Positions 57,900 to 64,000 of a stretch of 64,000 nt of DNA are shown in pieces. The notes under the pieces were generated by a model. That model was not told the origin of the DNA and did not search any database. It worked only from the letters and a program-made list of their open reading frames with translations. Positions within the stretch are counted from its first letter, which is position 1. The number at the start of each line of letters is the position of its first letter. Source of the DNA: Blepharisma stoltei ATCC 30299 (Eukaryota; Protista; Ciliophora); contig CBFDEM010000051.1 in assembly GCA_965603825.1 (NCBI GenBank), forward strand, positions 372,001 to 436,000, read 5' to 3'. Both the position numbers and the translations under genes were made by a program.

Positions 57900-59405
57900 A
57901 TGAGCTTCCCTCCAAATGTATCCAATCATACACTGCAGCAAACTGATGAAAATGATGGAGAAGACACTAGTTCAGGCAAGACTATTCAAAATTGTTCTTC
58001 ATCTACTCTGAGTCCTCCTAAAATTACCGTTGAAGCAATAATGTCAGCAATTAGACCACCATTGATGGAATTACCTGTTCCAATAAATGAAGAAAATTTA
58101 ACTGAAAGTAATATAAGCGAGAATCAAAAAGATGAAGAAGCCCAAAGTCATCAATTAAGCGAAGGCTCATCAGAAATAAACTATTTCGCCATATCACTTG
58201 ATGAAGAAATCATTGAATGTCCCTGTTGCGATAGCAGCTTTACAAATAAGTATGACTTAAAAAACCACCTTAATGACATGCATGTAAATTTACTAAAGTA
58301 CAGAAAGCCTAAATTCCCAATTGCCAAGAAAAGTCACATCATAAATCCAATTGATCTTTTATCAATTTCAGAAAATATTCCTATTGAAAGAACGATAGAA
58401 ATAGCAAGCGAAATAGAAAATTTGTATGAGGAGCATAAATTAACGCAGCAGCTTAAAGATTATCAAGAACTTAATATCAATGTAATTGAAAAAATTATAC
58501 AAAAATATTATCCAAACTCAAAAATTCAAATGTACGGATCCAATGCAAATGGATTTGGGACACTTTCAAGCGACTTAGATTTGAGCTTGTCAATAGATGT
58601 TCTTGATGCTTTAAAGAGCGAAGAGAGCTTTGACTCAATGGCTGAGCTTTTCGGTGAAGAATCGACAAGAGAGCTTTGTGAGTATTTGATTATTACTATG
58701 CTTTGCAGGGCTTTTGACGTTAATAATGCAGTTGATGTAAATGCAATAGATTCTGCAAGAGTAAAGATTGTGCATTTTAAAACGCCAAGGATTCCGCAGC
58801 TTGATATTGATATTTCACTGAATAACGATCTGGCCGTTGAAAATAGCCGATTGTTATATACTTATAGTAGGATAGACGAAAGAGTTGAAAAATTAGGAAT
58901 TGCAATTAAAGTTTGGGCAAAAAAGAGATCAATTTCAGATCCAAAGAACGGAACGCTTTCATCATATGCTCTAATTATTCTAGTGATTTATTTCCTACAG
59001 CAGCAAGCAACCCCAATTCTTCCAATTCTGCAGTCATCTGGAGAATCCAAATTAATAAAAGGATTTGAATGCATGTTTGATTGCGACTTCTTAAATTACC
59101 AATCCCTTGCAGCTGAAAACAAAGAAAGCCTAGGCTATTTATTGTTTGAGTTCTTTAAATTCTATGCAATTTTCGAGTGAAATTTAATGGTCGTTGACAT
59201 CACAACTTTAGAGCCAAGATATAAAACTCCTGTTGAACAAATGAAAACGAGCATCTACATTCAAGATCCTTTTGAAACTAAAAGAAATCTTGGTGACGTC
59301 TGCTCTTTGGATGGAGCTAATTTGATAAAAAATGAATTCGCCGTTGCTGCACAAATTCTTTTAAGCAATTGATCGTTTTCTCAATATCTGTGTATATCAA
59401 GTTAG
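57900..59405 (+). CDS. terminal nucleotidyltransferase (Cid1/TUT4-7-like) with C2H2 zinc finger
   Basis: CPCC...H....H finger; YGSNANGFG..SDLDL, ARVKIV.F, DIDIS.NN..A..NS.LL.TY, K.WAK.R.I.D...GTLSSYA, FF.FYA.F.(W), IQDPFE...NLG; ends TAG 59405. Confidence 0.9.
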
Positions 59406-59531
59406 TGGATAATTAAAAATTCTTTATAAGTATATTGAAATTTATTTTTTGAGTAAATAAAAAATTGATTTTCGAGAAATTGAGATTTTAAATTTCTTTC
59501 AACATGTCAATATTTTAACAAATAATAATAA

Positions 59532-61388
59532 ATGCTTAGAATAGACAAAGAGTGTATGTGCCCTGTTTGCCTTGACATTCTAAAAGATCCGATTATCTTA
59601 AGCTGCTCTCACAATCTCTGCTATGAGTGCGCAGCTCAGCTCATCACAGTACTTAGTCTCCGAGAAAAAGACGTAATTTCTCCTTAGTCAAAAGTGTTTT
59701 CATGCCCCATCTGCAGAGGCTGTACCTTTCTGACATCGCTTTCTCCTGAATGTCTTCCCAAGAACCTTGTTCTAAAGAATATAATTGAAAGCTGAAAAAC
59801 AGCCCAAGAGCCATCTTCTCATATTCTTTGCCAGCTCTGTGTTGAAAACCCCAAATACGCGACCAGCGAGTGCATAACATGCGAATCCACTCTTTGCCAA
59901 GACTGCTCTATTTCTCACTTATCAAAGCCAAGATTTGCCCATCATAAAATCCTACACTTAAGCAAAGTGAAGCAAGAACTGTGCATGGAGCATCACTTAG
60001 AAGAAGACTTATTTTGCATGACTGATTGTGTAAAATGCTGCATGAAGTGTGCACAGTTTTCAGCACTCCACAATGGGCACGTAATTCTAACGAGAGAAGA
60101 TGCGAAACTTAGGCTTGCTAATGAAATCCTCCAAACAAAAGAAATCTTGCCCCAGATTTATAGCAAAATCACAACAACGAAAGAAGAGATCAAGCATCAG
60201 TTTAACGAGCTAGAAGAGCAGCAGCAGAAAAATACTAATGAACTGGATGAAGTTTGCAATCAGCTGAACTCGAAAGTTGAAGCTATTAGAAACAGCACAA
60301 AAACAAAAATTTGTAAGAGCTATGAAACGCTTAAACAAAATTTATTTGAAAAAATCGTTATTCTTGAAGGCGTGCTTAAGCAAGCACAAGAGCTCTCGAA
60401 CTTGTCAGATGATTTATCACTATACCAAAAATCAAAAGAGCTTGCAACAATAGATCCTCAACTGATTATTGGTGATAAGCCAGAAGTGCTGCTGCAGTTC
60501 AAAAACCAGAGTGCACTGAATAATCTGTTAGAGTCACTGTGCATTTTAGAGATGAAAACATCGGAAATCGTAGAAAGCAACAAATTATACTATTTAAGCA
60601 GAGGAAGCAAAGAGTACGTTTGCTACGATTTAGAAAATCAAAGGGTCGCAACTATGTCTATTAGATCTGCTGATATAATTCCTCGATGGTCAGGCTTTGT
60701 GCTCTTGCCAAACGGAAATATCTTAATCACAGGAGGAAAGCCTAGCAAAGAATCTGGGGCAAAACTTGCTGCCTTCTATTTAAACCCAGAGACAGGTGAC
60801 ACGATGCCAGCCCCAAATATGATCAATGGCCATTCTTCTCATATATGCTTACTAATAAATAACGAAGTATATGTTCTTTCAGGCAAAAACGAAATCAACC
60901 AAACCCTAAACCACTGCGAAGTCTTGAATTTGGCCACACAGAGCTGAAGAAGTATTGCCAGCATGACTTATGGAAGAACTTGTGCTTCTGGGGTTCATAT
61001 TAAAAATTTCATTTATGTGTTTGGAGGCTATCAAAATACAGTCAACAATACTATTGAAAGATATTCTATTGAAGTTAATAATTGGCAGTTACTGCCTACA
61101 GTTCTTCCTGATAGACTCTGGCAGCATGGCTGCTATGCTTTGGATTCTTCGCAGATCTTGATATTTGGAGGAGAAGGGCCTAGCGATGAGCCACATAGGA
61201 TGTCTTATGTGTATAATACAACAACAGATGAGTTCTATAATAGTGCGAGCATACCTCTAACTTCAACTTGGCTGTTCTTCTGGCTCCACGTTACAAGAAA
61301 AGGGCACATGCTATATTCAATCAACAAGGAAAACTACATTCTGAAATATAATATTGTCACGAATACATGGATTCCTTTGGCTAATTAA
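59532..61388 (+). CDS. RING - B-box1 - B-box2 - coiled coil - Kelch (TRIM/RBCC-like) E3 ligase; 1 putative intron
   Basis: CPVCLDILKDPIILSCSHNLCYEC...CPICR...LPKNLVLKNII; CQLC...A..EC.TC...LCQDC...H....F.HH; CMEH....FC..D...CMKC....HNGH; coiled coil; Kelch ILITGG, VYVLSG, IYVFGG, ILIFGG. Confidence 0.85.
59673..59687 (+). other. putative 15-nt intron GTAATTTCTCCTTAG lacking the position-10 A
   Basis: Needed to remove an in-frame TAG inside the RING finger; canonical GTAA..TAG ends. Confidence 0.7.
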
Positions 61389-61460
61389 ATTCAAATTATT
61401 GTGTGTTAATTTTGCGCTTTAGTTTTAACTCTATAGAGAGGCATTATTTTATTAAATTAA

Positions 61461-62198
61461 TTATCCATCGCTTTCTGCATTCTTTTCTAATTCAAGTGTT
61501 CTTGGGTCAGTATCAACCTGCTTTTGAAATGGATCTTTTTTACGATTTATATAAGTGGTTATGGCTAAGAAAGTTACTGCTGCCGAAATAATCGCTGTAA
61601 CTACAATAGGAAAAAGCATTGTTCCTAGCTTTTTGGATGATTGATTGATTGTTTGCCATACATAACCTTTTTCCTTTCCGGGAATAATTGATACATAAAT
61701 TGCATATTCATTTCCCTGATAATAAGCGACCGCGCTAATTAAACTGTAGTCAATTGTTTCAGTTAAATTATCGATACCATATGAAGAAGGAACTTGAAAA
61801 TCTTGTCTAAAGCACTCAATATCTCCAAGTTTGACACTTGTTTTATTTAAATAATTTGATAGAGCTTTTGATATCACAGCACTTGAATTATTATCAGGAA
61901 ATACTTTTAGAGCAATATGATCAGTTATTTCAATTTCTGTCTCTTGGAAATTGCTGAATATAGTTACCAAGTGCATTGAGAGTGATCCAAAATGTGTGCT
62001 GTTTAGTAAAAGCAAAAGATGATGATTAAAACCATTTACTCGCTGGTCGTATTTGTACAATGTATCGATTAATTGATAAAGAACTTCTTTTTTTCCAGTA
62101 ACTTCTTTGTATTCATTATTAAAAGTATTGACTGCGTAGCTACTTCAGTCTAATGACAAAACTGTGGATAAAACAAAAAATAGAGCAGCACCTTTCAT
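61461..62198 (-). CDS. hypothetical type I membrane protein, 245 aa
   Basis: ATG 62198, signal peptide MKGAALFFVLSTVLS, one TGA, a single TM (LFPIVVTAIISAAVTFLAITTYI) followed by RKK. Confidence 0.78.
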
Positions 62199-62459
62199 TT
62201 TTGCAGTTTTAATTACAAGCTGTATTTCAAAGTAGCACCTTTAAAGTAATAAGCTTAAGCGGAGCAGTAATCAAACAAATAGATTTTAGAAAAATAGCCT
62301 ATGAAAAATCTCTATGAAAATCAGAATTATTTATTATACCTTTGATATGGATATTTACAGATCTTGCAAATCATTTATGGAATGATAATATTTTCAAATT
62401 AAATACTTTATTAAAAAATAAAAGCACTAAAATTTTTTTTCATATATTAACGCTGAAAT

Positions 62460-64000
62460 ATGGATAATCAAGAGGAGTTTCTTAAAGTTGCTGTAAGGGT
62501 TAGACCATTTCTCACTAGCAATAATCCTCAACGCCAAATAATTAGGATTGAAAATGTAAATTTTACCTCAGGAGAATACAATTCATATCGATGATAGTGA
62601 GCACACAATCACAAGCCAATACACAAAAGTATTTTCTCCGGATTCTTCACAGGAAGATGTTTTTACCTTTGTATCCCCTTCAATTTTACAAACCTTAGAA
62701 GGCTACAATACTACTATATTTGCATACGGTCAAACAGGATCTGGGAAAACACACACTATCTTCGGCACAGGCTGGGAAGACTATAATTATGAAGAAAAAC
62801 TTCCGGGCGTGCTAAACCAAGGAATAATTCCACGAGCTATCACAAATCTTTTTTATAACGCAAAGGAAGACATCTTTTTTAATATGAATTTATTTCAAAT
62901 CTATAACGAGCACCTTTATGATCTTTTATTGGATCCTGCTCGCGCGAAACCCTTAAGAATAAGAGAAAATAAAAATGAAATCTTTATCGAAGGGCTTAAT
63001 GAAAGAGCCGTAAAATCAATTGAAGATTGCATTTCATTGCTGTCAGAAGGTGTAAAAAATAGGGCAGTTAGGCAGACTAAGCTGAATAATCAAAGCAGCA
63101 GGTCTCATTCAATTTTCCAGTTTTATGTAAATTCCTCGAAAGGAAATTTCAAAAAAAGTAAATTAAGTCTTTGTGATTTGGCTGGGTGCGAAAGATATGA
63201 TAGGGAGTATGATATGAATAGCCCACAGGTAAAAGAATTGAAAAATATCAATAAGTCTTTGAGCACTCTAGGAATGGTTATACATGCCTTAGCAAATGGT
63301 AAAAGAGAGCATGTGCCGTATAGAGATTCTAAATTGACTAGACTTCTTCAAGATTCTCTAGGTGGAAATACAAAAACCATCCTTATCGCAACTGTTTCAC
63401 CTCAAGCAGAACATGTAGACACAACGATAAACACACTAATATTTGCTGACAGAGCTAAAGAAATTATGACAAGAGCTAAACGAAATGAGCCCGATACACA
63501 AAATTCAAATGAGATTATTTTGAATCTTCAAGAAGAGATTAAACAATTGAAAAGTCTTTTAAGTGCTGTAAGGCTTAGTGAAAATGCATTAGAGCTTAAT
63601 CAAAGAATAATTGAGCTCGAACAAGAAAATGAATATTTAAGAAGGAAAGCAGAAATAAAAGACGCCGAAACAACGAAAAAATCTGAAAGTAGTGAAGAAG
63701 ACTACACATCAGGATCAAAATCTCCTGCTGTTGAAAACGAATTCCTCACAATCCCTAAACCTAACCAGTCAAAATCCCAAAAAGTTTCTCCAGAAATTTC
63801 TGACCAAGAAAACCCTAACTATTCTCCTTCAAAATCCAACAAAAACACAAGACGCATTATTTTTGTAGAAGATGCTGACTTACGTAACAAATGCCAGTCA
63901 GAGTCTCCGTACCCTCATACAGTCAGCAATAAGAATTTTTCGACTTATATTTCTTCATTTCCAGCTGACATAACTCCTTTAGGAAGAACAAGTGTACTAG
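62460..64000 (+). CDS. kinesin motor-domain protein, runs off the window end; 1 intron
   Basis: KVAVRVRP, GYNTTIFAYGQTGSGKTHT, GIIPR, QIYNE..YDLL, SSRSHSIF, DLAGCER, INKSL..LG.VI, HVPYRDSKLTRLLQDSLGGN.KT. Absent from the track because there is no stop in the window. Confidence 0.95.
62556..62571 (+). other. 16-nt intron GTAAATTTTACCTCAG
   Basis: Needed to join the VAVRVRP exon to the motor-domain frame; A10. Confidence 0.9.

Noticed and set aside
1-64000. TGA as selenocysteine or cysteine (Euplotes-like), or a Mycoplasma/mitochondrial origin
   Set aside because: TGA aligns with Trp rather than Cys, and the genes are eukaryotic nuclear (Rab1, BBS9, kinesin) with spliceosomal introns.
1-64000. 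Tetrahymena/Paramecium code (TAA/TAG=Gln), Condylostoma-type ambiguous code, or NCBI table 15
   Set aside because: No in-frame TAA or TAG in exons; both act as terminators at expected C-termini.
1-64000. A functional Ca2+/cilia gene cluster (copine, CDPK, MCU, PDEs, BBS9, SPAG17, kinesin)
   Set aside because: These families are heavily expanded in ciliates and are interspersed with unrelated housekeeping genes; there is no evidence of clustering beyond chance.

Overview
AT-rich, very gene-dense eukaryotic nuclear DNA, not prokaryotic. Two features explain why the supplied ORF track is fragmented. (1) TGA is a sense codon for tryptophan: it sits at invariant Trp positions of a CDPK, RAD5, BBS9, Sly1, PDEs, BT1, Mpv17 and GP63, while every complete gene I rebuilt ends in TAA or TAG. 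(2) Genes contain tiny GT..AG spliceosomal introns: I found 15 (thirteen of 15 nt, one of 16 nt, one of 17 nt), 13 with an A at position 10. This combination matches what is known for heterotrich ciliate macronuclear genomes, specifically Blepharisma (taxon inferred, not proven). Re-reading with TGA=Trp and splicing gives about 39 protein-coding genes, with intergenic gaps from -4 to about 740 bp. They include Sly1, adenine/adenosine deaminase, a GP63-like protein, copine, SPOUT1, BT1, SLC35F6-like, BLTP2/Hobbit, Mpv17, BBS9, a C2orf81-like protein, a CDPK-like kinase, a divergent Hsp60, TRM6, two membrane PDEs, MCU, SPAG17/PF6, RAD5, RPL14, a trichocyst-matrix-like protein, Rab1, a PIG3-type oxidoreductase, a TUTase, a RING-Bbox-Bbox-coiled-coil-Kelch (TRIM-like) protein and a kinesin. 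I recognised no rRNA, tRNA, transposon, telomere or CRISPR array. The most notable items are the TRIM-Kelch gene with a micro-intron lacking the usual A10, the GP63 HQxxH pseudo-protease, abutting or overlapping convergent genes, a 20-bp bidirectional gap, and an orphan FYG(V/I)TPP repeat protein. All family calls come from motif recognition by eye; no database search was run.
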